From contig NC_045696.1 in assembly GCF_009834535.1 (NCBI RefSeq), forward strand, positions 47,866,001 to 47,930,000: a stretch of DNA of 64,000 nt, read 5' to 3'. This DNA is from Camelus ferus (taxonomy: Eukaryota). This document shows positions 48,067 to 59,960 of the stretch, piece after piece. The notes beneath the pieces are model-generated. The model saw only the letters and a list, made by a program, of their open reading frames with translations. It did no database searches and had not been told where the DNA came from. Position 1 is the stretch's first letter. Each line of letters begins with the position of its first letter. The position numbers and the translations under genes are program-made.

Positions 48067-48903
48067 AAAATTTTTAAAATTTTATTGAAGTATAGTCAGT
48101 TTACAATGTTGTGTCAATTTCTTGTGCACAGCATAATGTTTCAGTCATACATATACATACATGTATTCCTTTTCATATTCTTTTTCATTATAGATTACTA
48201 CAAGATGAATATAGTTCCCTGTGCTATACAGTATAAACTTGTTGTTTATTTTATACATATTAGTGCCTGCAAATCTTGAACTCCCAGTTTGTTCCTTCCT
48301 ACCCCTTTCCCTCTAGTAACCATAAGTTTGTTCCCTATGTCTGTGACTCTGTTTCTGTTTTGTAAATAAGTTTGTGTCTTTTTTTCAGATTCCACATTAA
48401 ACTGATACATGGTATTTTTCTTTCTCTTTCTGGCTTACTTCACCTAGTATGATGATCTTCAGGTCCATTCACATTGCTGCAAACGGCATCTTATTCTTTC
48501 TTTAAGGCTGGGTAGTACTCCATTCTATAAATATACCATAACTTCTTTATCCAGTCATCTGCTGATGGACATTTAGGTTGCTTCCAAGTCTTGGCTATTG
48601 TATATAGTGCTGCTACAAACATCAGAGTGCACGTCTCTTTTTAAATTAGAGTTTTTGTCTTTTCTGGTTATATGCTCTGGCATGGGGTTGCTGGGTCATA
48701 CGGTAACTTTAGGTTTAGTTTTCTAAGGAATCTCCATACTGTTTCCACAATGGCTGCACCAACCTACATTCCCACCAACAGTGTAGGAGGGTTCCTTTTT
48801 CTCCACACCCTCTCCAGCATTTATTGTTTATGGAGTTTTTAGTCTTGGCCATTCTGACTGGTGTGAGGTGAGGTAATAACCTCATTGTAGTTTTGATTTG
48901 CAT
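48067..48903 (-). mobile_element. 5'-truncated L1 (end of ORF2 plus 3' UTR) with TSD
   Basis: Minus-strand [11 protein letters not shown]...HLTPVRMA...[29 protein letters not shown] is the L1 ORF2 C-terminus; flanked by taaataattaa on both sides. Confidence 0.92.
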
Positions 48904-50389
48904 TAAATAATTAATTTTAAAGTGATGAGCTCTACTGGTATAGTTGACTGATAAGCTTAGATTATTTAAATATATAACATTTGTTAATGACATTAGAATT
49001 TTTCAGTGGGTTCTGGGATTTGGGAAAATGATTTTAAACATACTTTCATCATTCACTGATGCTAGTGCAGCATGACTTACTCTTAGTTTGCATAAATAAT
49101 CTATGTGCATTCTTCAGGAAAGGGAAACATCTTTGCTAAAGCTCTTCACAGTGCCTAGATGAATTTGGAAGTAAGCTGTTAATTCCGGTTGATTTAATCA
49201 GCTTCAGAACTGTCTACCCTTACAGACAGGATGACAGTATTGCAACTGTGATGTTTTTAGTACCATGGGAGGAGATCCAGAGTGTCCTGGGAGGTGAGTG
49301 CGGATGACTCCCAAGTTCTTTGCGGACAAAGAAATAAAAGCTTGTTTCTTGGGAAACATTTAGATACTGTTATTTATACAAAGAGGCAGAGAGCAATACA
49401 GCTGGAGAATTAAGTAGCGAGATGAGCACACAGATGGGTAAGAAAGCACTGCTTTGCCAACTGGATAACATCTGGCACATCAGAGTCAAGTTAAATACCT
49501 AACAAGCTAAACAAAAGTCCAAGTAGTGGATGATCTCTTCATTTTTCTAAGTAACAGAAGACCCAAAATAAGTAATGTTATAAGTGAAAACCAGAGATAT
49601 ATAGTTAAAAAAAAAATCCTCCTCTAAACGTATGGGAATATACAGTTGGAATTAAGGCAGTCAGGAATATGAGAAGAAGGTTTATAGAAAACCTAAATGG
49701 TGTATTAACCCTGGCAGTGGATTATGGTATAAAAAATAGCAAATTTGTCTTCCTTTTAAAATTGCAGTGGTTTATCGGATTATCAGTAGTGCTTACAAGG
49801 CAAAGCACACACAATTTCTTTTTTCAGAAACAAAACAGAAAAATATATTAGTCACCCGTTACAGATCCATGACTGTAAAAAAACTTTTCTTTGAGATAGG
49901 TTTACTTGTAAAATGCTCTGAGTTATCAATATTATTAAGATGCCCTTCTTGCCAAGATTTCTTTTCTTGAGCCTCTCTATATTTTATATCACCGTGGCCT
50001 GGGATGTCTTTCTGAGACAGTGAATCCAATTTGAGTTTTAGTCACAGTGACAGAAATTAAAATGGCATCAAATATCCAATCTCTTTTTCGTTATCCTCTG
50101 ACTTTGAGGGAAAAAAATTCCTCAGGTTTGCAATTTTACTTCCATCATTTGATGTTTCATTATTGAGGAACTGTAATTTAAGTCTTTTGAAGAGCCTTAA
50201 TATATTAAAAAGTTTCTGTTGTCTTACTGATGCATTAAAAGTAAAGATTCGTAATGTTTTATTCCAATTACCACAACTGGATGAGATGGTGACAGCAAGT
50301 CTGCACCATTTTTCAGAAAGGCAGTTGGCAGTATTTATTGGGTGCTCATTGTGTCTCAGAATTCTAGGTGCTAGTGATTCTGGGGAAGG

Positions 50390-50873
50390 AATGTGGGGCG
50401 AGAGGTTGGCCGTGTCCCAGGTCTCGACAAGTGAGGGTCCTTGGCTTTGGGCAGGAAAGAATTCAAGAGTGAGCCACAGTTGAGTAAAGGTAGATTTATT
50501 CAGAGAGATACACACTCCATAGGCAGAGTGTGGGCCATCTCACTCAGAAGGGAGAGCGGCCGTGAGGAGCAGTGTTGCCAGTTCTTATGGGCACAGTAAC
50601 TTCATATGCTAACAAGTGGGAGGATTATTCTAGCTACTTTGGGGAAGGGCGTGGGACTCTGAGGAATTGGGCCATCACTCACCCTTCGAACTTTAATGGT
50701 CAGCCTTAAGACTGTCCTGGCACCTGTGGGAGTACCAGTTAGCAGCTATTGTATTTCAGTGAGCGTCTACTGAAGCTCAAGGTCTACTGGGAATTGAGTC
50801 TTCCACCATCTTGGTGCTAACTGCTATGTCATTCTTTTAATGGTTGTGTCCTGCCCCCTTCCCTCCTATCTCA
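50390..50873 (-). mobile_element. Solo ERV1-type LTR
   Basis: Plus strand tgtggggcgag...caggaaagaattcaagagtgagcc...agatttattc (AATAAA on minus)...cctatctca. Confidence 0.75.
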
Positions 50874-51634
50874 CTAGGAATAAAGCTGTAAAAGGACAAG
50901 GACCCTGAGCATAGGAAGCTTCATTTTAGGGAAAGGAGAGAAAAATAAGCCAAACCATTTCAGACAGTGCCCAGTGCTGGGGGAAATAGCACAGAGGGGT
51001 GTGGTAGAGGGTGTCTGGGGGACTACTTTAGACTGAGTGGTCAGGCAAAGGCTCTTCAAGGAAGGAACATATAAATAGAATTAAATAACAAGGAGCCAGT
51101 TATATCAAGAGCTGAGGCAAGAACCTTCTAGGCAGAGGCCAGAGCTTGTGCTAAGGCCCTAGGGCAGGAATAAACTTGATGGGGACAAAGCATGGAAAAT
51201 ATAATGCATATGTAATGAAGTTACTGATTGTGTTACAGGGCCTTAAGATGACAGTACTTAAAGTAGAAAAACCAGTCCTTTGGAGGGCAATTAAATTCAA
51301 AGTATCCAAGCGTAGTACTGATGATTGCTGTGACTGCAAGAATAAGCAAGGCCAGCAGACAAAGGCCCAGATGTTACAGAATGACTGAAGTTAATTCCTG
51401 AATTAATTCCAATTATTCTTGGCCTAGACTCAAAACCAACAGAAGAACGCCATCCAAATGGACTCAAAGGGTAGAACAATTTTGCACTGATTGAACGTTA
51501 GGAAGTAGGCAGACTATAACGTCACCACTGTAAAAGGCAACAGCTTGTAACAACTCCTTTCTCTCTTTTTTTAAAGCTTTCCTGAAAAAGCACTGCACGA
51601 ATGTTTCATAAAATATCTTTTCTCATTGCAATAT

Positions 51635-52266
51635 TGTAAGCAGAGAGGGTAGGGGGTCCCTGGAGAAAGAGAACCAGGCATGCCTTTCTTAACAGAAGAG
51701 AAACCATTTTTGGCTTAAGCCATTTTGTGATCTAAGCCTGGCCACAATGTTTGCCCTTGAGCAGGTCTCAGTAATTGAGGGAATGCAGGGACAAAGGAAA
51801 AACAGTCCAGAAACTATAGTTCATCAATAAAACAGAGCCTTAGTTCCTCCTCAAGGGATATACATAACAATCTGATACATATCTTTGAGTTCTGTAGGAC
51901 CTAAGGCCTCCACCCAGGTGGAGGATGGTAACAACATGCTGAGACCCCAGATTGGTCAGAATCTGAGAGATGATGATTTTGACCTTCTCTGACCCTCAGG
52001 ACTTCAACCAACTGAAGCCTGGACTCTGGCAACCTTTGCCCCAAATCCGTGCTAAATTCTCTCTGCCCTAGCCCCTTCGTGAATATGCATGTACCCGCAG
52101 CTTAAAACTTCCCCACGTTTGCTGTTGGGAGACACTTCTTTAGAAAGATCTCTGCTGCTCCCCTTACTTGCTGCAAGTAGTAAAACCACCTTCTCCTGAT
52201 CTTTGACTTGGTTGTGTCTTTTAGCACGTCACCCACCAAAGGTGAACCTACTTTTTCAGGTAACGG
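51635..52266 (+). mobile_element. Solo ERV1-type LTR
   Basis: tgtaagcagagagggtagggggtccctgg...cttaaaacttcccc...agtaaaacc...ggtaac; TG...CA-like termini. Confidence 0.75.
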
Positions 52267-52407
52267 TATCGGTCGGTAAATAGTCATATTTATCATTAGT
52301 CAAGGAAATGTGTCCTAACTTTCCATTCCCCTCCCAATCTAATTATTTTAGATTAGTTTTGAATAAAGTTTTCATACTCATGAAGTTATTTATCATTCTA
52401 TTCTGAT

Positions 52408-52552
52408 TTTTTTCTTTTTTTGTTTTTTGTTTTTTTGGTGTGGGTGGTAATTAGGTTTATTTATTTATTTATTTATTTAAAAATGGAGGTACTGGGGATT
52501 GAACCCAGGACATCCTCCATGCACTCTTCCACTGAGCTCTACCCCCTCCACC
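52408..52552 (-). mobile_element. tRNA-derived SINE (Vic-1-like), internally deleted
   Basis: gtaattaggttt(attt)n...tggaggtactggggattgaacccagg...ccactgagctctacccc. Confidence 0.88.
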
Positions 52553-53036
52553 CCATTCTGATTTTTCATAGGTAGTTTCAAAGCTTTTGCTAAAAAGTTG
52601 TCAAGCGCTAAATTTAAAATGATTACTACTTTTTGAGGCTCAAAGTCTAGAAAACCTAAAGAAAATGAGATATTGTCTTGGTAGTTTCCCTCTTAAATTA
52701 GTAATGACACTATAGAAAGGCAATTTAAGCTAAACCTTTTGCAGTACTACGTTGAAGCCCTGAGGCTAAATCGATGTGTGAAAATTTGGAGTGTCCCTTT
52801 CCCTTTATACTCATCTTGCCCCAAGATGAGAAGTTTAATGTGAAAAGAAATCACTTTATTAAAGGGAGAGATGTTGGTAGACCTTTTGCTACAACTTAGG
52901 GATCATAGGACCCTAATTGTTGGCTCCAGAAGTCATAGACGTAAGTGACTTAAAGGGCTGGCAGGAAATGCCTAAGGGGCTCATTCCTGTGCTGGGTGGG
53001 ATTTGGGAGGAACCAACTGCTCCAAGATACTAAGTT

Positions 53037-53230
53037 ACAGCCTCCCTTGGGATACCAAAATCCTCTGATGCTTAAGTCCCTTATATAAGAGGTTGTAGTA
53101 TAATAGTCAGTTATGCGTATCCTTCGGTTTCACATCCGCAGATTCAAGCAGCCGTAGGTGGATTGGTCATATCCACCAATCTCTTGGTGGAATCTGCAGA
53201 TGCGAAACCCATGGATACGGAGGGAGGCCC
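53037..53230. mobile_element. TcMar-Tigger MITE (MER2-like)
   Basis: ggataccaaaatcc...aagtcccttatataa...catccgcagattcaa...gaatctgcagatgcgaaacccatggatacggaggg. Confidence 0.75.
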
Positions 53231-53454
53231 GACCCTATTCAGTTTGAAGAAGCCTTTCCTGAACGTCGGACGGCTCGGACTCTTCAAAGACTGAGGACCG
53301 ACAGAGTGGCTCTCTGCATTCTAGGCCTTCCGTTTGGAGGTAATTAGGGCACTGTAGGCCCAGGGTCACTTCTGTAAGAACACTGGGTTTTTTAACTTGT
53401 TTAGGGTTGTTCGACTTGAAAGCCTGTGGTTTAGTAGAGAAAGCAGCTAATTCT

Positions 53455-54258
53455 TATCATGAAAAGCCAGCGTGTCTGTCTTCAGGGCCCGCCAGACTGC
53501 TCTTCTCAGGGTGGGCAGTTGAAAATCCCTAAGGAGGGCCGCCTCTCTTGCTCCCTAATCTTCAGAGACGGCCCACAGTCTGTGGAGTGTGTACCTACTT
53601 CTGCTTTAACCGGAGCACCCAACTCCACATCTCATGGCCTCTTGCCTTCGGAAACAGCCTACACTCTATGCAGTGTGTATCTCTCTAAATAAACCTGTTA
53701 CCGAGAAAAGGGAAATAAGAATTACCTTGGTTCCTAGTTACCCTAAAAAAAGAATTTTTAATGGGAGACAGAAAGTGTGATATAAGCAAGATTTTTATTA
53801 GTAAATAAAAAGGTAGTAAAAGATAGTTCCCTCCCAACAGCGGGGAGCGGGCCAATCCTAGAGAGGAAAACTGGCGCGCGCCTCTGTTTTTCTGTTTTAT
53901 ATCCTGGCTTAGGGGCGGTTTTGTGATTGGTTGTTCAGGTTCTTTGAGTGACCAGGTTGATTGACAACTCAGGTTCTTTGTGTTCTGGCACACCCATTCC
54001 CTTTTGGTCAGGTTCATTGGGTCAAGTCACGCCGGGTCCTTCTCTTACGCGCAGCTGCAGCATTTTGATTTTAACTGGCTGCTTTTGCTGGCCATCGTTT
54101 AGAGAAAGTAAAGATTTCTGGAGTATCCTTTTCCTGAATGCAGACTTACTGTTATTTTCTGGGTTGTTCCTTTCCCCTTCCTCTCTCCTTGCCCGGTGCT
54201 CATTTCTATCTAAACTGCCTAACAAATCTACTTTTACTCAAAGAAAAGAAAAGAAAAT
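53455..54258 (+). mobile_element. LTR-derived 3' fragment ending in AATAAA and an A-rich tail, split by a nested LTR
   Basis: ctgtggagtgtgtacc...gtgtgtatctctctaaataaa[insert]aatctacttttactc-aaagaaaagaaaagaaaa. Confidence 0.5.
53696..54224 (-). mobile_element. Solo ERV1-type LTR (nested)
   Basis: tgttac...taaca inverted termini; tttatt (AATAAA on minus) at ~53794; ttttata (TATA on minus) at ~53895; flanks aacc/aatc; CpGs relatively retained. Confidence 0.78.
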
Positions 54259-54409
54259 CCGTAGGGAGAAAAGCACTTTTGCTAGTGACCAGAGAAAGGA
54301 AAACAAGGTGAGCTCCGAGGGACTTTGGGGAAGGAACGTAAAGAAAAACAGACCAGAGTTAATCGGCAGAGCGTGAAAACAGCTTTTGGTCACCTACTGC
54401 GACTTTAGG

Positions 54410-54740
54410 GCAGTGGTTTTCAACCTTTGGAAGATGAGTGGCTTCCAAACCTCCTGATGTCCTGGTTGCACCCCAGACCAATTACATCAGCCTCTCTGGA
54501 AAGACGCTGGTGTCAGTAATTTTTACAGCTGCTCAGGTGATTCCAGAATGCAGTCAAGGTTGAGATCCCTGGCTTGGAAACACTTCTCAAATTTTAACGC
54601 CCTCATGAATCACCTGGGGAGCTTATTAAAATGCAGGTTCTTATCCAGTATGCCTGGGGCAGGGCCTGACAGTGAGGCATTTCCAGCCCAGCTCCCAGAG
54701 TTACCAGTGTAGGGAGGGGGGCCCGGAGCTGGGCAGCACA
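54410..54740. mobile_element. MER5A/MER5B-like hAT fragments
   Basis: cagtggttttcaacc...caccccagaccaattacatcag...caggtgattcca; gaatcacctggggagcttattaaaatgcagg. Confidence 0.7.
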
Positions 54741-55364
54741 AGCCCTTGGATGTTAACCCCGGACACCTGATTCTGCGCAGTGATTTCACGCTGCCTACCC
54801 TTTAGACAGTGCTCAGTGTTGGGGTGCTAGACCTTTTAAAATAGAAATCTTAAATTCCATTAAATTTAGAGTAAAATCTAAATGCGTGATTATGGCTTAC
54901 AAATATTTTAATGTTATGGGGACTTCAGCCTACCTCTCTGAACTCTCCATACTGTCCTCTGGCTCACCCTGGCACAGTTCCTCTGGCTGCCCCTCACTCA
55001 TCAGACCTCTCCCCCCTTCAAGGTCTTCATTCCTGCTCTGCCGCCTGCTTGGAATACTTTCCCCTCTACAGCCTCGTGGCTTGCTAGCTCCCTCTGTATT
55101 CAGCTCAAATGTCACCTCCTTAGCCGTTCCCTGATCCCCTGTTCTAAATGAGCCACCTCATTCCCACCTCTCTGTCTCATAACTCTCTCCCCCACATTCA
55201 CTGACCACTGCCTGAGTGTTTGCTTATTGCTTTCCTCTCCACTTCCACAAGAATACTGGCCGTGAGAGAAAAGCTGCTCTCTGTCTGGGCCTCTGCTACA
55301 CTCCCAGCTCCTAGAAAAGAGCCAGGCACGTAGAGGAATAAACGCACACGAAATGAAAATGAAG

Positions 55365-55460
55365 AGGGGTGGGTATAGCTCTGGTAGAGCCCATGCTCAG
55401 CTTGCAGGAGGCCCTGGGTTCTATCCCTAGTAACTCCATTAATAATAATTTAATAAAAAG
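55365..55460 (+). mobile_element. tRNA-derived SINE (Vic-1-like)
   Basis: gggtatagctctggtagagcccatgctcagc...gccctgggttctatccctagtaactcc. Confidence 0.82.
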
Positions 55461-55533
55461 AATGTTGGGAATATCATGTCTGTATGTGTGTGTATATATA
55501 TATATAGAGAGAGAGAGAGAAATGGAGAAAGAT

Positions 55534-56097
55534 TGTTACTCCAGAAGGTAAAGACCCCGGTTCTGGACATACCTAAAAGAGAAGTTTACAGTCGGGAGAC
55601 GGTGTGTTGTGTAGTGAAAGATTTTAAAGATTTATTTAGAAAAAGGAGAAGTGCAACTCCAAGAATGGGAGGCAGGCTGATCCAAGGGAGGAAAAGCAGC
55701 TGTTTTTTTTTTTTTTGAAAAGCGGCTGTTTTTGTCTCCCCTTTTTCTTACACCCTCGCTTAGAGATGTTCTCTTGATTGATTGACAGCTCATGTCCCTG
55801 GAATGCTTAGTCATGCTTGGCCCCTCTGCGCATGTCCTTACCCGTGGTGTACACAGAAAAACCCAGGGGGCTTCTAAACTGCAATGTTAATTTTAATACA
55901 ATGAGCTTTGGGTTGTGTCCGGTTAAGTCCTTTCTGCTACCTTGCAGTCGGCTGTCGGGTTTTAACCAGTTTCTTGCTGGCACTCATTTAGAAGAAATAA
56001 AGTCCCTTTATGTTGGAGGTGGGCATAACGTCATCTTCCTGACCATCCTCCCTCTCCTCCAACTATCTGTCTGATGCTCCCACTTATCTACCTAACT
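55534..56097 (-). mobile_element. Solo ERV1-type LTR
   Basis: tgttact...gatttattt...ctgcgcatgtcc...tctacctaac; related in layout to 53696-54224. Confidence 0.72.
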
Positions 56098-56783
56098 GAA
56101 TGAGAGTAGATTTTCAGTAAACACAAGCTTATTTGAGAGATCTTAACGATCTGGGTTTCTCTGATAGTGGTGATTCATATAATAGCAGTATTGTTGAAAC
56201 AACAGGATTATCTATCAACTCATAGCCACAGAGAGCCTGACCTTGGCTCACGTAGGATTTCTAATCCATGTTTTTAGGGGAAAAAAAAGTTGAATTCACA
56301 TTTACAGTAAGAAAGAACTTTACCTGGTTTATTTAAAAAAAAAAAAAGACTGAAACAAGATGGCTTTGCTCTTTTCAGGCCTTTTGTTTTGGTGAAAACC
56401 ACGATCCATGGAAGTGATTACTGAGCTTGGCTCCTTGATGTGGAAGCTTTGGCATCTAGACCAATTGAATACTCAGCAAACAGTCACTTCGGCGGATTAC
56501 AGGTAATAAGCAAGGAAGACATGCCTGTAATTAGATTGGAAGGTACAAATTCTTCAGTGGTTTTTATGCTTTGATTTCTAGCCAATCTCTTAATTACTCT
56601 TCTTTTTTCCCCCAATTACTCTTAATTAAGTGCTAGGCCTACTTAATGTACTTGAGTTGGTGCTCTAAATGCTGTGGTTTTGCAGATTGTCCCCACATAC
56701 AGATGACATTCACATTGTAACAAAATTCAATCTTAACAAAAATATAAACAAAGAAAATCAATCACCCTTTCATCTCTGACCTT

Positions 56784-57091
56784 TGTGGAAGATGATTAAA
56801 GAAGACAATTTAGGTGATACAAACTGAATTTAACACTTTATGAAGGGCCTCTGTTCCCAAGAGTCCAGAGAATTGCAAAATGGGGTACAAGGCAGGATGC
56901 TTTTCCAGGAATAAGAATCAAGGAAGTAAATAGCTCAGAGTTGGCCTGGCTTGTGGTGATTGACTGGATATTCTACATTTCTGGTCAAGTGGAGCATTTA
57001 CAAGGACATGAATATTATCTAAGTTTCAATTTGCTGACTTGACACCTAAGGCAGGAGTGGCTCCGTCCTGGGCCTAGAAGTTATTTTAACA
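56784..57091. mobile_element. Short LTR-like element
   Basis: tg...aaca termini; ctaagtttcaatttgctgac...gcaggagtggctcc...ctgggcctaga resembles ERV1 LTRs. Confidence 0.45.
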
Positions 57092-57295
57092 CCTCAACCC
57101 CTAATTCCTCCTCAAGACACCACCACTGTTGTCAGTATCTTGTGTACCCTTACAAAAATGTCCTATGCAGCATCTGGGCTTCAGGTTATTAATCTGCAAA
57201 ATAGGATAATAACAGTGTCTGTCTTATCAGGTTCACATGAGGATTAAATGCATCAATAAATTATTACGCATATGCTAGTATGAAGATTCTATATC

Positions 57296-57660
57296 GGTGC
57301 TGTCCAAATAGAAATATAAACTGATCCACATATGTAATTTTAACTGTTTTCTTTCTTGTTTTTGTTTTTTCTTTTTTTTGTAATTTTAATTTTCTAGTAG
57401 CCACATTAAAAAAAAACAAAACAAATGAAAAGCTTTTAGTAATATATTCTATTTACCTGAATATATCCCAAATAATATTTCAGCAGGGAATCAACGTAGA
57501 CATATTTTAATGTGATAATCCATAATCTTTATTGGTATGAATTATTTGAAATTTGGTGTACATTTCATGCTTACAGAACACCTCAACTGGGACTAGCCCC
57601 AACTCAGGTGCCTACAAGCTACGCATGGCTGGTAGTTACTGTATTGGACAGAGCAGACCT
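57296..57660. mobile_element. MER33-like hAT MITE
   Basis: gtgctgtccaaatagaaatata...tttctagtagccacatt...atggctggtagttactgtattggacagagcag. Confidence 0.75.
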
Positions 57661-58270
57661 ATACATACTAGTCTATAAACTTGTCAATTTTTTTTTACTC
57701 TATTCGAATAATCCTATCCCTTGCTTCCTTGGATGTTGTAAAACAATATTTTGGATAAATTTGGAGGGAAACAAATTGTGTTTAAACTAAAAGTGGTTTT
57801 AGAATTACAAAGGCCTACAACCAAAATTGATTTCTAAATGCTCAATCTGATGGAAAGAACAGGGCTTCTCATTGTTCTTAGGGAAAAGACTAAATTCCTC
57901 CCTGCAGACCTGCCACCAGGACTGGTCTGCCTTGCCTGCCCCCTGCTGGTTCTCACCAACCGTGCTCAGGGTACCTGGAGTTCTTCTTCCTGTGGGACCT
58001 TCTCTCCTGTGAGCATCCTCAGCTCCCCCGGGGCTGCTTCCTCCCGCTCACCCTCAACATGCCCACCCCCAACATGCCTGCAGTACCCCTTTGCCTAGTG
58101 AGTGAGGTAATAATCACTTTAAAGGGAAAAATATGTATCTTCTTGTGTCCAACTATTGATTTAAATTATTTTATGACAATATAAAATAGTATAAACATAA
58201 AATTGTTACTCCTTATGTTGACAGGTCATATACAACATCACATCCAAAATAAAAACTAACTAAAAAGAGG

Positions 58271-58400
58271 AGAGGTGGGTATAGCTCAGTGGTAGAGTGC
58301 TTGCTTAGCGTGCACAGGGTCCTGGGTTCAATCCCCAGTACTTCCATTAAGTAAATAAACAAACAAACAAATCTAATTACTCCCCCCCAAAAAAATTAAC
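58271..58400 (+). mobile_element. tRNA-derived SINE (Vic-1-like)
   Basis: gggtatagctcagtggtagagtgcttgcttagcgtgcacagggtcctgggttcaatccccagtac...ctaattactccccccc. Confidence 0.9.
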
Positions 58401-59724
58401 TAAAAAGAAAGAAATTATGTCATTACTAAAAATGTACAAAAGACTATATAATAAAAAATAACCCCCCCCATTGTCTCAGATTTGCAATTCCCCTTCCCAA
58501 AGGGAAAATCTCTATATCTACATCTCCAGAGGTATATAGGTTATTTATTTTTGTTTATTTTTGCAAAGGTTTGCTGCATTCTTTTTCAGGTAGCAGGTCA
58601 CATTACAAACTTTGTCGGGTAGATGCTGTTTTGTTGAAGTCCCATTTGCGCAGGGCCTGCACCTGACTCCCAGGGCCGGGGTCTTTGGAGTCAGCATGAC
58701 TGGTCCACAGGTGCCGTGCGATGACACAGTTCACCCACCGCTGCCCCCATGCGAACTACCGTGAAACCTTCATTCTTGTGGCGTTCATGGTGGGCATTTG
58801 ATCTCTTGGCAGGAGTGCAGCACAGACATGTTAAGCCAGTCCCTGTTCTTTTCACACTAGCCTGAGGCAGTTAGAGTAGTCCTGCTTGTGGCCAACTCAG
58901 TAAGAAACACATGTGTTTGACATGGGCTTTTGAAGCTTTGGGTAGAACTCAGTCTTCAAAAAAAAAAATCTAGAAGATGTTTCTGTTTATCTTTACGGTT
59001 GTCATCAAAATGAAAATGCAAAATTAAAAGAAGTCTTATACAGAACCTATGGGCCCAAGAATATCTTAGGTTGAGAAACACAAGCCTAGTTAGTTCTGTA
59101 TTTATAGTCCTTAGCTCAAGTAAGATTTACGTGACAGTCCTCAACCCCTGCCAGACTAAGCCAGGCCCCTAGTTCTTGGACAAGCCTAGATACCCTATTT
59201 TAAAAGTTCCTGAGGTTGCAGTGTGCAGCCTGGGTTGGGAATCCTGAATTAGTTCCAACATACTATAGTTCTTTGGTTATATTAGGCCTTGGCTTGAATT
59301 CAGTTTACAGTGATGGAGAGCCTAACGTATATTCTAGCACTGGAACTAGTGATATGAGGAATATTTAGATATCCTGACATTGAGGACTTGTTGGCCAAGA
59401 GACACCTAGGTGACTTAACAGCCTTTTTTTTTTTTTTTTTTAAACACATTGGTAGCACAGAATGCTGCAAAAGGCAGACAAAAGTCATTCTTCTCAGTCT
59501 GAAGTTTAGGGGAAGATTGCAGGAGGGCATGAAACTTGAGTTGATCATTGAAGATTGGCTAGGAATTAACCAAGAAGGGAGATCTGTAAACAAAGGACAG
59601 AATGTGCAAATGTCCAGGGATATGGGAAAACCAACTTCATTAGAATCCTGCAAATGCTTCCCTAAATTGCAACACAGCTGGAGGCAATAGGGGTTAGAAG
59701 TCTCTGGAGAAGAAGCTATTAGCC

Positions 59725-59960
59725 CAGCTCAGTGGCTGGGAGCTAGGATTTTTGAACTGGAAAAATTTGGTTTAAATCTTGGCTTTTGTCACTCTCTTTC
59801 TCTTTCTGTGACTCAAGAAAATTAATTAACTTGTTCACGTTCAATTTCCTTACCTGTAACGTGGGGGCAATAATACTTCTCTTATAAGGTGATTACAAAG
59901 GTTAAATGAGGCAAAATGAGGCAATATATGTACAACTCTTCCTACAGTGCCTGATAGATT
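59725..59960. mobile_element. MIR SINE
   Basis: tggtttaaatcttggct...ctgtgac...caatttccttacctgtaacgtggggg...aaggttaaatgagg. Confidence 0.65.

Noticed and set aside
48715..48993. ORF containing [19 protein letters not shown]
   Set aside because: It is the C-terminal remnant of L1 ORF2 in a truncated element, not a host gene.
50057..50515. 152-aa minus-strand ORF
   Set aside because: It begins inside an LTR and continues into AT-rich DNA with no recognisable domain; likely chance.
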